A stretch of 64,000 nucleotides of DNA from Anaeromyxobacter sp. (GTDB lineage Bacteria > Myxococcota > Myxococcia > Myxococcales > Anaeromyxobacteraceae): the NCBI GenBank assembly GCA_049840735.1, contig JASGJN010000001.1:1-64000 (forward strand), written 5' to 3'. Positions 53,709 to 64,000 of this stretch are shown piece after piece. Under the pieces are notes generated by a model. It was not told where the DNA came from. It saw nothing but the letters and a program-made list of their open reading frames with translations, and did not search any database. Every line of letters starts with the position of its first letter. Positions within the stretch are counted from its first letter, which is position 1. The position numbers were made by a program, and so were the translations under genes.

Positions 53709-54452
53709 TCAGTCTCCGTGCTCGAGGCGGGAGGCGAGCCGCTCGGGGAGCCCGGCGGCCCGCACCTTGGCGGCGGCGGTGGGCCAGTCGTAGGCCACGC
53801 GGTGCCAGGTCAGGGTCGGACCGGCGGCGTCGAAGACCACGTAGCAGGAGGCGGTCCGGCCGTCGCGCGGCTGGCCGGCCGAGCCCGCGATCCCCAGCCA
53901 CTGCCGGCGCGGCGGCACCGGGATGGCCACCCCCGGCACCGGCTTGAAGGGGAGCGGCCGGTCACCCACGGTGTAGTACAGCGCCGGCTCGTGCACGTGG
54001 CCGGAGAGGACCCAGCGCGTGCCGGCCGCGGCCAGGCTGTGCGCGGCGCGGACCGGGTCGCTCACGTAGAGCCAGGCCTCAGGCGCCTCGGCGCTGGCGT
54101 GCACGAAGGTGACCCCCTCGCGCCGGGCCAGCAGCGGCAGGCTGGCCAGGAAGGCCCGCTCGCCCGCGCCCAGCTGGTCGCGGGTCCAGTCGATGGCCTC
54201 GGCCGCTGCAGGGTTCATGGTAGCCGCCACCCGGGGATCGAGGACCGCGGCGTCGTGGTTGCCCTGCACCACCAGCGCGCCCTGCGCCACCTCGGCCTGG
54301 ATCAGGTCCAGCACCGGGACGGGATCGGCCCCGTAGCCCACCAGGTCGCCCAGGAAGGCCAGCAGGTCCACCCGCTGGCCACGGGCGTGCGCCAGGCAGG
54401 CGACCAGCGCCTCCAGGTTCGCGTGGACGTCGGCGATGACTCCCACCCGCAT
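53709..54452 (-). CDS. Metallophosphoesterase (MJ0912/YfcE-like)
   Basis: ADVHANLEAL, LGDLVGYG, QGNHD, GHVH and GSAGQPRDG motifs. Confidence 0.9.
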   Translation of the reverse strand: MRVGVIADVHANLEALVACLAHARGQRVDLLAFLGDLVGYGADPVPVLDLIQAEVAQGALVVQGNHDAAVLDPRVAATMNPAAAEAIDWTRDQLGAGERAFLASLPLLARREGVTFVHASAEAPEAWLYVSDPVRAAHSLAAAGTRWVLSGHVHEPALYYTVGDRPLPFKPVPGVAIPVPPRRQWLGIAGSAGQPRDGRTASCYVVFDAAGPTLTWHRVAYDWPTAAAKVRAAGLPERLASRLEHGD

Positions 54453-54499
54453 CGCGGCGCGAGTGTAGCCCAATCAGGCGGACGCTGCGCCTGGGGCCG

Positions 54500-55547
54500 C
54501 TAACCGCGCAGCTCAGGCACGTGACGCGCCAGGACCTCCTGCAGCGGCGCCAGGTCCGGCCGGCGGGCGAAGGCCTCCCGGACGTACTTGAGCGAGGAGG
54601 GGATGGACACCAGGAAGCCGGGGTTCTTCCGGACGCGGTCGATGAAGACGAACCGGCCGGCGTCCTTGAGCTTCCGCTGCACGGTGAGCAGGTCGAAGAC
54701 CTGGCGGAAGGGCCCGTACTCCAGCCGGGGGCCGCCCGCCGCGGCCAGCTGGTCCAGGTAGCGGCGCAGCATGGCCTCGATGAACGGGGCGTCCAGCTCC
54801 ACGTAGCTGTCGCGCAGCAGCGCCACCAGGTCGTACTGGCGCGGCCCGAGCAGCGCGTCCTGGAAGTCGATCACCACCTGCTCGCCGGAGGGGAGCACCA
54901 TGAGGTTGCGCGACTGGTAGTCGCGGTGCGTGAAGCCGCGCGGCTCGGCCGCCAGGGCCTGCGCGATCCGCTCGAAGTGGTCGTCCACCACGGCGCGCTC
55001 GGCCGGCGTGAGCGCCGCCCCCTTCCACGCCTCCAGCCCCCACTCCAGGAAGTGCATCAGCTCCCAGTGGTAGAGGTCGCGGTCGAAGGCCCGCGTGAAG
55101 GCGAGGCAGCCCTCCGGCCTGGCCTCGGCGGCGGCCCGCAGCCGGGCCAGCTGGTCGATGGCGCGCTCGTAGAGGGGCGCGCGCGCGTCGCCGGCCAGGA
55201 GCCGGGTCTCCAGCATGTCGTCGCCCAGGTCCTCCAGGACCATCAGCCCTTCCGCCTCCTCGAACCGCTCGACGGCAGGGACGCGCACGCCGAATCGAGC
55301 GCAGGTACCGCTGCACGTCCACGAACGGGTCCACGGCCGGCGGCCCCCCCTTCGTCACCTCCTCGGGCTTGGCGCCGGGCGGCATGACCATGACCACCCG
55401 GGACGCAGGGGGCGACCCGACCCGCCAGTAGCTGCGCATCGAGGCGTGCCCGGCCAGCCGCTTCACCGGCGCGGCCGACCAGTCCTGCCCGGTGGCGCGA
55501 CCGACTGCGGCACGGACGCGGGCTTCCGTCTGGGGGTCGTGACTCAT
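54500..55547 (-). CDS. AmgK-like aminoglycoside phosphotransferase-family kinase; +1 frameshift near 55293
   Basis: LAGHASMRSYWR, LEDLGD, HRDYQSRNLM, IDFQDA and YDLVALLRD motifs. Confidence 0.85.
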
Positions 55548-55644
55548 GAGGTCCTCATTTCACAGAATCGCTGGACGGGGCTCTGACCCCCCGCCTATAA
55601 CGCCGGGATTCCCGGGGAACCTTCCACCCCCGGCGCACCCGCCC

Positions 55645-57025
55645 ATGCCCTACCACGAGACCCGTCCTCTCCGCGATCGGCCACACTCCGCTGGTCCGCC
55701 TCCAGAAGGTCGTCGGCCCCGACGACGCCACCGTCCTCGCCAAGCTCGAGTTCATGAACCCGGGCGGCTCGATCAAGGACCGGATGGCGCTGCACATCAT
55801 CGAGAAGGCCGAGAAGGCCGGCCTGCTCCGGCCCGGCGGCACCATCGTCGAGAACACCAGCGGCAACACCGGCGTGGGCGTGGCCCTGGCGGCGGCGGTG
55901 AAGGGCTACCGCTGCATCTTCACGATGCCGGACAAGATGTCGAAGGAGAAGCAGGACACGCTCAAGGCCTTCGGCGCCCAGGTGGTGGTCACGCCGACCA
56001 ACGTGCCGGCCGACTCCCCGGACAGCTACTACTCGGTGGCCAAGCGGATCGCGGCCGAGACGCCCAACAGCTTCTACCTGAACCAGTACCACAACCCGGA
56101 CAACATCGAGGCGCACTACCGGCTCACCGCGCCGGAGATCTGGGAGCAGACCGGCGGCCAGTTCGACGCCTTCGTCTCCGGCGTCGGCACCGGCGGGACG
56201 ATGAGCGGGTGCGGGAGGTTCTTCAAGGAGAAGAACCCCAAGATCGTGAACGTCGGCGCCGACCCCATCGGCTCGGTCTACTTCTCGATGTTCAAGACCG
56301 GAAAGCTCGGCCAGCCGCACGTCTACAAGGTCGAGGGCATCGGCGAGGACATGATGTGCGGGGCCATGGACCTCAAGGTCCTGGACGACGTCCGCCAGGT
56401 GAACGACGCGCAGGCCTTCACCATGGCGCGGCGGCTGGCCCGCGAGGAAGGCATCTTCGCCGGCGGCTCCTCCGGCGCGGCGGTGCACGTGGCCGTGCAG
56501 CTGGCCCGGGAGCTGGGCAAGGGGAAGGTGATCGTGGTGCCGCTGCCGGACAGCGGGCGGGCCTACATCTCGAAGTTCTACTCGGACGAGTGGATGCGGG
56601 ACAACGGCTTCCCCCTGGCCAGCGGCGAGGCGCTCTCCACCGCCACCGTGAAGGACGTGCTGGGGCGCCGCCGCGGCGAGGTCATCTCCGCACGCCGGAC
56701 CGACAAGGTCGAGGGCGTGGTGAAGAAGATGAAGGAGCACGACATCTCGCAGATGCCGGTGGTGGACGACGGCGGCCGCGTCACCGGGATGATCCACGAG
56801 TACGACCTGCTCAACTTCCTCATCGAGGGGAAGCACCGCCTGTCCGAGACGGTCGAGGTGCTGGTGCAGCCGCTGCAGGGCGTGGTCGGCCCGGACACCC
56901 CGGTCGGCAAGCTGCGCGACATCTTCAACGACGACAACGTGGCGGTGGTGAAGGAAGGCGAGCGGGTGACCGGCATCGTCACCAAGATCGACCTGATCGA
57001 CTTCCTGGGGCAGCGGCTCAAGTAG
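55645..57025 (+). CDS. cbs: Cystathionine beta-synthase with a CBS pair; +1 frameshift near 55660
   Basis: IGHTPLVRL, KLEFMNPGGSIKDR, ENTSGNTG, GTGGT and VEGIG motifs; C-terminal CBS domains. Confidence 0.85.
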
Positions 57026-57047
57026 CGCCCGCTCCGCGGAGGCTGGC

Positions 57048-58214
57048 ATGGCAGACGAGAAGGCCCGGATCGAGACGCTCGCCATCCACGCCGGCCAGTC
57101 GCCGGACCCGACCACCGGCGCCATCATGACGCCGGTCTACCTCACGTCCACGTACGTGCAGGACGGGCCGGGCAAGCACAAGGGCTTCGAGTACTCCCGC
57201 ACCCGCAACCCCACGCGCGACGCGCTGGAGGGCTGCCTGGCGGCGCTGGAGGGCGGGAAGCACGGGCTGGCCTTCGCCTCCGGCCTGGCCGCCACCGACT
57301 GCCTGCTCCACCTGCTGGAGGCGGGCGATCACGTGCTGGCCTCCGACGACGTCTACGGCGGCACGTTCCGGATCTTCGACAAGGTCTTCCGCAAGCTGGG
57401 GCTGGAGTTCAGCTACGTGGACGTGAGCGACGCCCGCAACGTGGAGCGCGGGCTCAAGCCCAACACGAAGCTGGTCTGGATCGAGAGCCCGACCAACCCC
57501 ATGCTCAAGATCGCCGACCTGGCGGCCATCGCGCAGCTCGCGAAGGCGCACGGGGCGCGCACGGTGGTGGACAACACCTTCGCCACCCCCTACTTCCAGC
57601 GGCCGCTCGCGCTGGGCATCGACGTGGTCGCCCACTCGATGACCAAGTACCTGAACGGCCACTCCGACGTGATCGGCGGCGCCATCGTCACCGGCGACGA
57701 CGCGCTGGCCGAGCGGCTCCGCTTCCTGCAGAACGCGGTCGGCGGCGTGCCGTCCCCCATGGACAGCTTCTTGGTGCTGCGCGGCCTCAAGACGCTCCAC
57801 GTCCGCATGGCCCGCCACGCCGAGAACGCGCTGGCGCTCGCCACATGGCTCTCGCAGCACCCGCAGGTCGAGCAGGTCACCTACCCCGGCCTCCCGAGCC
57901 ACCCGCAGCACGCCCTGGCCCGCCGCCAGATGAGCGGCTTCGGCGGCATGCTCACCTTCGTGATCAAGGGCGGCCTGCCGGCGGCGCGCGCATTCCTCGA
58001 GAGCGTGCGGATCTTCGCCTGCGCCGAGTCGCTGGGCGGCGTGGAGAGCCTGATCGAGCACCCGGCCATCATGACCCACGCCTCGGTGCCCAAGGCCACG
58101 CGCGACGCGCTGGGCATCGCCGACGGGTTCATCCGCGTCTCGGCCGGCATCGAGGCGGTCCTGGACCTGAAGGCGGACCTGGAGCGCGGGTTCGCGGCGG
58201 CGCGGCGGGCCTGA
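57048..58214 (+). CDS. Cystathionine gamma-lyase/synthase
   Basis: YSRTRNPTR, FASGLAA, ESPTNP, DNTFATP, SMTKYLNGHSD and AESLGGVESL motifs. Confidence 0.92.
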   Translation: MADEKARIETLAIHAGQSPDPTTGAIMTPVYLTSTYVQDGPGKHKGFEYSRTRNPTRDALEGCLAALEGGKHGLAFASGLAATDCLLHLLEAGDHVLASDDVYGGTFRIFDKVFRKLGLEFSYVDVSDARNVERGLKPNTKLVWIESPTNPMLKIADLAAIAQLAKAHGARTVVDNTFATPYFQRPLALGIDVVAHSMTKYLNGHSDVIGGAIVTGDDALAERLRFLQNAVGGVPSPMDSFLVLRGLKTLHVRMARHAENALALATWLSQHPQVEQVTYPGLPSHPQHALARRQMSGFGGMLTFVIKGGLPAARAFLESVRIFACAESLGGVESLIEHPAIMTHASVPKATRDALGIADGFIRVSAGIEAVLDLKADLERGFAAARRA

Positions 58215-58244
58215 CCGGCGCACCGCCGGGCCCCTCGCCCCGCC

Positions 58245-58946
58245 TCACGCCGCCAGCTTGGGCAGGAACGACAGGTCCACCAGGTGTCGCTTCGGCTTGG
58301 CCAGGTCCACGAAGACCGTCAGCTCCTGGCGATCCACGTACGGCGTGGGATCGAACCAGAGGTTCTCGCTCTTGAACACGTGGAGGAGCCCGGTGCGCGG
58401 GTCCTGCCACTGGGCGGTGAGCTGCCAGGGGCTGCGCCCGTTCACCTTGTAGGAGGTGTTCCGCTCCACGCCGGTGAACTTCGCCTGCACCCGCGTCCCC
58501 TGCTGGCGGAGCCGCTCGGCGCTGCGGCCGGAGGCCACCTGGAAGGCGAACCCGCCGCCGCCGACGAGGGTGAAGACCAGCCCGATGCCGCCCAGGATGA
58601 GCGACCCGCCCCAGAGCGAGAAGACCCCGTCCAGCTTGGCCTCGTGCGGCCTGTCGGCCAGGTAGAACACCTCGACCGCCTCGCCCTCGTCGTACGCCGG
58701 CGGCGACGAGCCGGCGTTCTCCGTGAACACGATCTGCTGGCCGTCCGCGGTCTGGAAGCCGACCACCGGATAGGCCACCCGGCCGTTGTCGCTGCGGCGC
58801 CAGTCCAGCTCCAGCACCGTGCCGGGCGCGCGGACCGCCTGGGCCAGGAAGGCGCGCGTGTGCAGCGCCAGCGCGCCGGCCCCCGCCAGCAGGCCCAGGC
58901 CAATCAGCAGGAACAGCGCGAAGAACAGCTTGCCCTTCTTGCCCAT
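58245..58946 (-). CDS. DUF3592 domain membrane protein
   Basis: TM-(YPVVGF...GEAVEVFY)-TM architecture; FKSENLWFDP. Confidence 0.75.
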   Translation of the reverse strand: MGKKGKLFFALFLLIGLGLLAGAGALALHTRAFLAQAVRAPGTVLELDWRRSDNGRVAYPVVGFQTADGQQIVFTENAGSSPPAYDEGEAVEVFYLADRPHEAKLDGVFSLWGGSLILGGIGLVFTLVGGGGFAFQVASGRSAERLRQQGTRVQAKFTGVERNTSYKVNGRSPWQLTAQWQDPRTGLLHVFKSENLWFDPTPYVDRQELTVFVDLAKPKRHLVDLSFLPKLAA

Positions 58947-59155
58947 GGTGTCCCCCTCGAGCGGCCCAGCGTGCCACGGGCGCCGGTGACCGCCAAGCGC
59001 GGTGCAGCGATCCGGGCACCGCGCCGCAGCCTCGCCCCCGGGGGCACCCGTCGTTTCAGGCGGCGGCCGGCCACGCGGCGCTCGCCCGGGCCTTCCAGAT
59101 GCACCATGATCGCCTCGAATCCTCGGCGGAAGGGCGCCCCGCGGCGCGAGATCCG

Positions 59156-60043
59156 ATGACGGGGAAGGCACGGAGGGGAGCGCTCCTGGCGCTCGCGCTG
59201 GCGCTGGCCGCCACGGCGGTGGCGGGCCTGGCGCTGCCGCGCCTGTCGCTGGGGCCGGGGCTCCCGCTGCCGGCGCTGGGGGGCGGCCGCCTCTCGCTGC
59301 CGGCGGGGCCGGGAGAGCCGCAGGCCGCCGCCCTCTCGACCCCGACCTGGGCCGTCGCGCTGCTGGGGCTGCTCGCGCTCGCGGTCGTCGCCCTCGCCGG
59401 GTGGCGCGCGCTGCGCAGCCTGGATCCGCGCAGCGTGGCGCGCGGCCTCGTGCGCGGCGCGCTGGTCGTCGCGGCCACCGGCGTGGCGCTCGCGCTGCTG
59501 CTGCAGCGGCTGCCGCGCGGCCCCGCGCCGCCCTCGCCCGCGCCGCTCCCGACCCCGCCGCCGCTGGTCCATGCGCCGCCCGGCGAGGCGCCGTCGCTCC
59601 TGCGCTGGCTGGTGGCGGCGGGGCTGGCCGCGCTGGCCCTGGCGCTGGCGGCGCGGCTCCTGCGCCCCCGCCCCCCGGACGCGCGCCAGGCGCTGCTGGC
59701 GCAGCTGGCCGGGGAGGCGGACCAGGCCGGGCGGGCGCTGCGCACGGGCGGCGGCGGCGACGTGATCATCGCCTGCTGGGCGGCCATGGCCGCAGCGGTG
59801 GCCGCGGCCTGGCGGGTGGAGCGGCCGGAGGCCACCACCGCCCACGAGTTCGCCGCCCAGCTGGCCGCCCTGGGGCTGCCGCGCGCGCCGGTGGAGGAGC
59901 TGACGGCGCTCTTCGAGGAGGCGCGCTACGGCGCCGCCCGGCTCGCACCCCCGCAGCAGGCACGGGCCCTCAGCTGCCTGGCGAAGGTGGTCGAGGCCTG
60001 CCGCGCCGCCTCGGCGCGCCCCGGCGCGGAGGTCGCGCCATGA
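59156..60043 (+). CDS. DUF4129 domain membrane protein
   Basis: IIACWAAM...TTAHEF...LTALFEEARYG. Confidence 0.75.
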   Translation: MTGKARRGALLALALALAATAVAGLALPRLSLGPGLPLPALGGGRLSLPAGPGEPQAAALSTPTWAVALLGLLALAVVALAGWRALRSLDPRSVARGLVRGALVVAATGVALALLLQRLPRGPAPPSPAPLPTPPPLVHAPPGEAPSLLRWLVAAGLAALALALAARLLRPRPPDARQALLAQLAGEADQAGRALRTGGGGDVIIACWAAMAAAVAAAWRVERPEATTAHEFAAQLAALGLPRAPVEELTALFEEARYGAARLAPPQQARALSCLAKVVEACRAASARPGAEVAP

Positions 60044-60705
60044 CCTCGCGCCGCCGCACCGCCGCGCTGGCGGCCCTGGCCGCGCTGCTGGCCGGGGCGG
60101 CGGTGGGCTGGCCCTGGCTGGCGCGGGGCGTGGTGGCGCCGCTCTCCGAGGCGGCGTGGATCCTGCTGCGGCTGACGGTGCTGGCGGTGGACCAGCGGCT
60201 CTGGTGGCTGCTGGTGGCCTGCGCCGGCCCGGCCCTGCTGCCCTGGGCCCTTCGCGCGCGCCTGGCTTCCGCCCCGACCCCGGTCTCGCCCTCCCCCTCG
60301 CCGCCACCGCACGCCGATCCGGTGGAGCGCTGGCGGTCGGCGCTGGCCCTGGCGCTGGCCGGGCGCCCCGAGCCCCGCTTCTACCGCTGGGACCCGCTGG
60401 TCGAGCTGCTGGTGCTGCAGGCCGCGCTGGAGCAGCGCGCCGAGCCGGACCACCGGCTGCACGAGGCGCTCCGCTCCGGCGCGCTGCCGCTGCCGCCGGA
60501 GGTCCACGCGCTGGCCTTCCCGCCGCCTCCGGCGCCTCCGGGCGAGCCGGCGGCGCGGCTGCGGAGGGCGGCTGCGGCGCTGCGCGGCCGGGTGCGCGCG
60601 CTCACCGGGGCGGAGCGCGCGGCGCGGCGGCGGGCGGTGGAGGGGCTCTTGGCGCACCTCGAGGACCGGCTGCAGGTGGGGACCGACCATGGACACGACG
60701 GCTGA
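60040..60705 (+). CDS. Hypothetical membrane protein of the MoxR cluster
   Basis: ATGA overlap with the upstream stop; two N-terminal TM segments. Confidence 0.6.
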   Translation: MTSRRRTAALAALAALLAGAAVGWPWLARGVVAPLSEAAWILLRLTVLAVDQRLWWLLVACAGPALLPWALRARLASAPTPVSPSPSPPPHADPVERWRSALALALAGRPEPRFYRWDPLVELLVLQAALEQRAEPDHRLHEALRSGALPLPPEVHALAFPPPPAPPGEPAARLRRAAAALRGRVRALTGAERAARRRAVEGLLAHLEDRLQVGTDHGHDG

Positions 60706-61668
60706 GCTGGACGCGCGGCAGGTGGCGGAGCTCTCGGCGCGGATCGTCCGCGAGGTGGAGCGCGCGGTGGTGGGCAAGGCGGAGGTGCTGCGCCAGGTGC
60801 TGGCCGCGGTGCTCTGCCCGGGCGGGCACGTGCTGCTGGAGGACTACCCCGGCCTGGCCAAGACGCTGCTGGCCAGCAGCCTGGCCACGGCGCTGGGGCT
60901 GGGGTTCAAGCGCATCCAGTTCACCCCCGACCTGCTCCCCGGCGACGTGACCGGCGGCTGGGCCTACAATCCCGCGGCCGGGCGCTTCGCCCTGCGCCGC
61001 GGGCCGGTCTTCACCCAGCTGCTGCTGGCCGACGAGATCAACCGCGCCTCGCCGCGGACGCAGTCGGCGCTGCTGGAGGCCATGCAGGAGCAGCACGTGA
61101 CGCTCGAGGGAGACACGCTTCCGCTCCCGCAGCCCTTCATCGTCATCGCCACCCAGAACCCCATCGAGTCGGAGGGCACCTTCCCGCTGCCGGAGGCGCA
61201 GCTGGACCGGTTCGCGGTCCGGCTGGCGCTGGGCTACCCGACGCCCGAGGAGGAGGACGAGATTCTCCGCCGCCGCGCGGAGCGCCGGGAGGAGGCGGTG
61301 GCGCTGGCGCAGGTGGTGGACGCCCCACGCTCCTGGCCATGCGCGCCGCCGTCGAGCGGACGCACGTGGACCCGGCGGTGCGGCGCTACATGGTCGAGCT
61401 GGCCGCCCGTACCCGCGGCCACCGGCAGGTGGTGGTGGGGACCAGCCGGCGCGGCTCGCTGGCGCTGCTCAAGCTCTCGCGCGCCTGGGCCGCCACGGAC
61501 GGGCGCGCCTTCGTGCGGCCGGACGACGTGAAGCGGTTCGCGCCCGCCGTGCTCGGCCACCGGCTGATCCTCGACCCCGGGCTCTGGAGCGCGCAGCGCT
61601 CCGAGCTGGCGGTGGTCGAGGAGGTGGTGCAGGGCGTGCCGGTGCCGGTGATCGCGGAGGGCCGGTGA
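60689..61668 (+). CDS. MoxR-family AAA+ ATPase; -1 frameshift near 61325
   Basis: EDYPGLAKT, RIQFTPDLLP, ADEINRA, TQNPIE.EGTFPLPEAQLDRF; C-terminal VRPDDVK in the next frame. Confidence 0.9.
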
Positions 61669-62939
61669 CCGGCCGCGCCCTCACGCTGCTGGCCGTGGCC
61701 TCGGCGCTGCTGGCCGCAGCCCTGGCGACGCGCCAGGCCGAGCTGGCCTGGCTGGCGCTGCCGCTGCTCACGACGTTGGGGCTGGCGCTCCTCACGGCGC
61801 CGGCGGCACGCCCCCGGCTGCGCGCGGAGCGGAGCGTGGAGCGGCAGGGCCCGCCGGAGCGCGGCCGCGTGGCGGTGACGGTCCGCGTGTGGAACGAGGG
61901 TGACCGGACCGTCCACCTGTGCCTGCGCGACGCGCCGCCGGCCGGGGCGGTGCTGCTGGAGGGGAGCGCCGCGCTGCGCGCCCGGCTGGCCCCGGGCCAG
62001 GCCTGCCTGCTCCAGTATGCCTTCGCCGCCGCGCGCGGGCGCTTCGCCTGGACGCACCTGGCCGCGGCGGCCGGGGACGCGCTGGGGCTGCTGGAGCTCG
62101 AGCTGACGGTGCCGGCGCCGGGCGAGCTCCACGTCCACGCGCCGCTGCCGCCGCTCCGCCCCTTCCCGCTGGTGCTCCGCCGCGTCTTCCCGGCGCCCGG
62201 GCCGGTGCCGGGGCGCGCCGGCGGCGCCGGGACCGAGTTCTGGGGGCTGCGCCCGTTCCAGCCGGGCGACCCGCTGCGCCGCCTGGACTGGCGCCGCGAC
62301 GCCCGCGGCGCGGAGCATCTGCTCACGCGCGAGCTGGAGGTGGAGCGGACCGCCGACGTCGGCCTGGTGGTCGACGCCTCGCCCGCCACCGCCCTGGCCG
62401 TCAGCGGCGCGCCGCTGCTGGAGCACGCGCTCCAGGCCACCGGCGCGCTGGCCGAGCTGCTCCTGCGCCAGGGCCACCGGGTCGGGCTGGTGGTGCTGGG
62501 CGAGCGGCCGACGGCGGTGGCTCCCGGCAACGGTCGGGCCCAGCGCCAGCGGCTCCGCTCCTGCCTGGCCGGGGTGGCGCCGCGCGCCGGGCGCGCGCCC
62601 AGGTCCGTCTCGCGCGCCCTCCTGCGCCGCTGCCCCGCCCGCTCGCTGCTGGTGGTGGTGACCCCGCTGGAGGACGAGGCCGCCGCGGAGCTGTTGCTCC
62701 GGCTCAGGCAGCCGGGGCGGCGGCTGCTGGCGCTCTCCCCCGACCCGTGCACCCGGCCCGCGCCGGCCGATCCGCTCTCCGCCCTGGCGCTGCGCGCGGC
62801 GCGGGTGGAGCGCCTCCAGGCGCTCCGGCGGCTGGCGCAGCTCGGGGTCCCGGCGCTGGACTGGCGGCCGGACACGCCGCTGGCGCCGCTGCTGCGCCGG
62901 GCGCTGGGGCGGGCGCGGGGCGCGGGGGTGCGCCCGTGA
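61665..62939 (+). CDS. DUF58 domain protein
   Basis: EFWGLRPFQPGDPLRRLDW, VVDAS and HRVGL motifs. Confidence 0.85.
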   Translation: MTGRALTLLAVASALLAAALATRQAELAWLALPLLTTLGLALLTAPAARPRLRAERSVERQGPPERGRVAVTVRVWNEGDRTVHLCLRDAPPAGAVLLEGSAALRARLAPGQACLLQYAFAAARGRFAWTHLAAAAGDALGLLELELTVPAPGELHVHAPLPPLRPFPLVLRRVFPAPGPVPGRAGGAGTEFWGLRPFQPGDPLRRLDWRRDARGAEHLLTRELEVERTADVGLVVDASPATALAVSGAPLLEHALQATGALAELLLRQGHRVGLVVLGERPTAVAPGNGRAQRQRLRSCLAGVAPRAGRAPRSVSRALLRRCPARSLLVVVTPLEDEAAAELLLRLRQPGRRLLALSPDPCTRPAPADPLSALALRAARVERLQALRRLAQLGVPALDWRPDTPLAPLLRRALGRARGAGVRP

Positions 62940-63304
62940 CCCGGCTCGGCGGGGCGGCGCTGGCGCTGGCGGCGGCGCTCTGCGCCGGGGGCGTGCTGGC
63001 CGGCGCGCCGGGCTGGCTGATGGGGCTCCTGCTGGCCGGCGCGGTGGTGGCGTGGGATCGCGCGCTCCTGGCGGTCGAGCACCGGCGCGGCGGCCCGCCT
63101 GCGACGGCGACCCGGCTGCGCCCGGTCGCGCTGGCGGCGGGGCTCGCGCCAGGGCTGGCGCTGGCGGCCCTGCTGCGCGGACACGCGCTCGCGCTCCCCT
63201 TCCCGGCTGCGCTGGCGGCGGCGGCGGCGCTGGCGCTCGGGCTGCTGGCGCTGGCGCGGAGCCTGACCCGCGGCGGGCCGGGCGGCCGCGCGGACGCACC
63301 GTGA
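62936..63304 (+). CDS. Small hypothetical membrane protein
   Basis: GTGA overlap with the DUF58 stop; hydrophobic 122 aa. Confidence 0.5.
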   Translation: MTRLGGAALALAAALCAGGVLAGAPGWLMGLLLAGAVVAWDRALLAVEHRRGGPPATATRLRPVALAAGLAPGLALAALLRGHALALPFPAALAAAAALALGLLALARSLTRGGPGGRADAP

Positions 63305-63305
63305 G

Positions 63306-64000
63306 CTACCCCGCCTGCTGCTCGCCGGGAGGCCCGGCCTGCACCAGCGGCAGGACCGGCAGCCGCAGCACGAAGCAGGCGCCGCCGCCCGGCGCGTCCT
63401 CGTAGACCACCTTGCCGCCGTGCCGCTGCAGGATGCCGAAGACCACCGAGAGCCCCAGCCCCGTCCCCTTCTCCTTGGTCGTGAAGAAGGGATCGAAGAT
63501 CTTCTCCCGGATCTCCGCCGGCACGCCGGGCCCGCTGTCCGAGACCGCCACCTCCACCGCGCCGTCGGCGCCGGTCCGGGTGGTCACGGTGAGCCGGCCG
63601 CCCTTGCCCATGGCCTCGAGCGCGTTGAGCGCCAGGTTGACCACCGCCTGGCGCAGCTCGCCGAAGTCGGCGCTGACCGCAGGCACCGGGTCGAGGTGGA
63701 CCTCCACGGCGATGTCGGAGAGCTGCAGCTTGTGGCCGACCAGCTGGAGCGACTCCTTCACCACCGCGTGCAGGTCCACCGCGACCATCTTGAGCGGCCG
63801 CTCGCGGGCGAAGTCGAGCAGGTTGCGCACGATGGCGCTGCAGCGCTCGGTCTCGCGCCGGACCAGGTCCAGCCGCTTCACCGTCGCGCGGCGGCGCCCC
63901 TCGTCGGGCACGTCCTGCTCGGCCTCGCGGGCCAGCAGCTTGGCGTAGGTGAGGATGCCGGCCAGTGGGTTGTTGATCTCGTGGGCGATGGAGGCCGCCA
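63306..64000 (-). CDS. Sensor histidine kinase (5' end outside the window)
   Basis: ASIAHEINNPL H-box, NLALNALEA, DSGPG and FFTTKEKGTGLGL motifs. Confidence 0.9.
   Translation of the reverse strand, partial: AASIAHEINNPLAGILTYAKLLAREAEQDVPDEGRRRATVKRLDLVRRETERCSAIVRNLLDFARERPLKMVAVDLHAVVKESLQLVGHKLQLSDIAVEVHLDPVPAVSADFGELRQAVVNLALNALEAMGKGGRLTVTTRTGADGAVEVAVSDSGPGVPAEIREKIFDPFFTTKEKGTGLGLSVVFGILQRHGGKVVYEDAPGGGACFVLRLPVLPLVQAGPPGEQQAG

Overview
Very GC-rich bacterial chromosomal window. Gene content and style suggest Myxococcota, probably Anaeromyxobacter-like (inference). It is densely coded with mostly housekeeping genes: the 5' part of a hyf/Ehr-type membrane complex led by an HTH-PTS IIA gene, pncB, acnA, a eukaryote-type citrate synthase, pckG, treZ, dck-panB-panC-smpB, tsaD-rsmA, trmL, amgK-like and murU-like genes, cbs plus cystathionine gamma-lyase/synthase, transporters, signalling proteins and a MoxR/DUF58 cluster. 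I saw no rRNA, tRNA, CRISPR array, integrase or transposase. About ten genes carry single-base indels in short homopolymers, most likely sequencing errors. The most unusual observations are: (1) a 182-bp att-like unit that duplicates and recodes the 3' end of smpB around a 108-bp hairpin-rich insert; (2) a stand-alone, highly divergent SecY paralogue with a short plug loop and an extra C-terminal soluble domain; (3) a coupled GNAT + PlsC acyltransferase + ureohydrolase operon that could make an amino-lipid; (4) a REP/REPIN-like repeat family with interchangeable internal hairpins between convergent genes; (5) a pan-motif-like hairpin before panB and a GATC-rich double palindrome before a near-consensus sigma70 promoter. 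All calls come from reading the sequence; no database searches were run.
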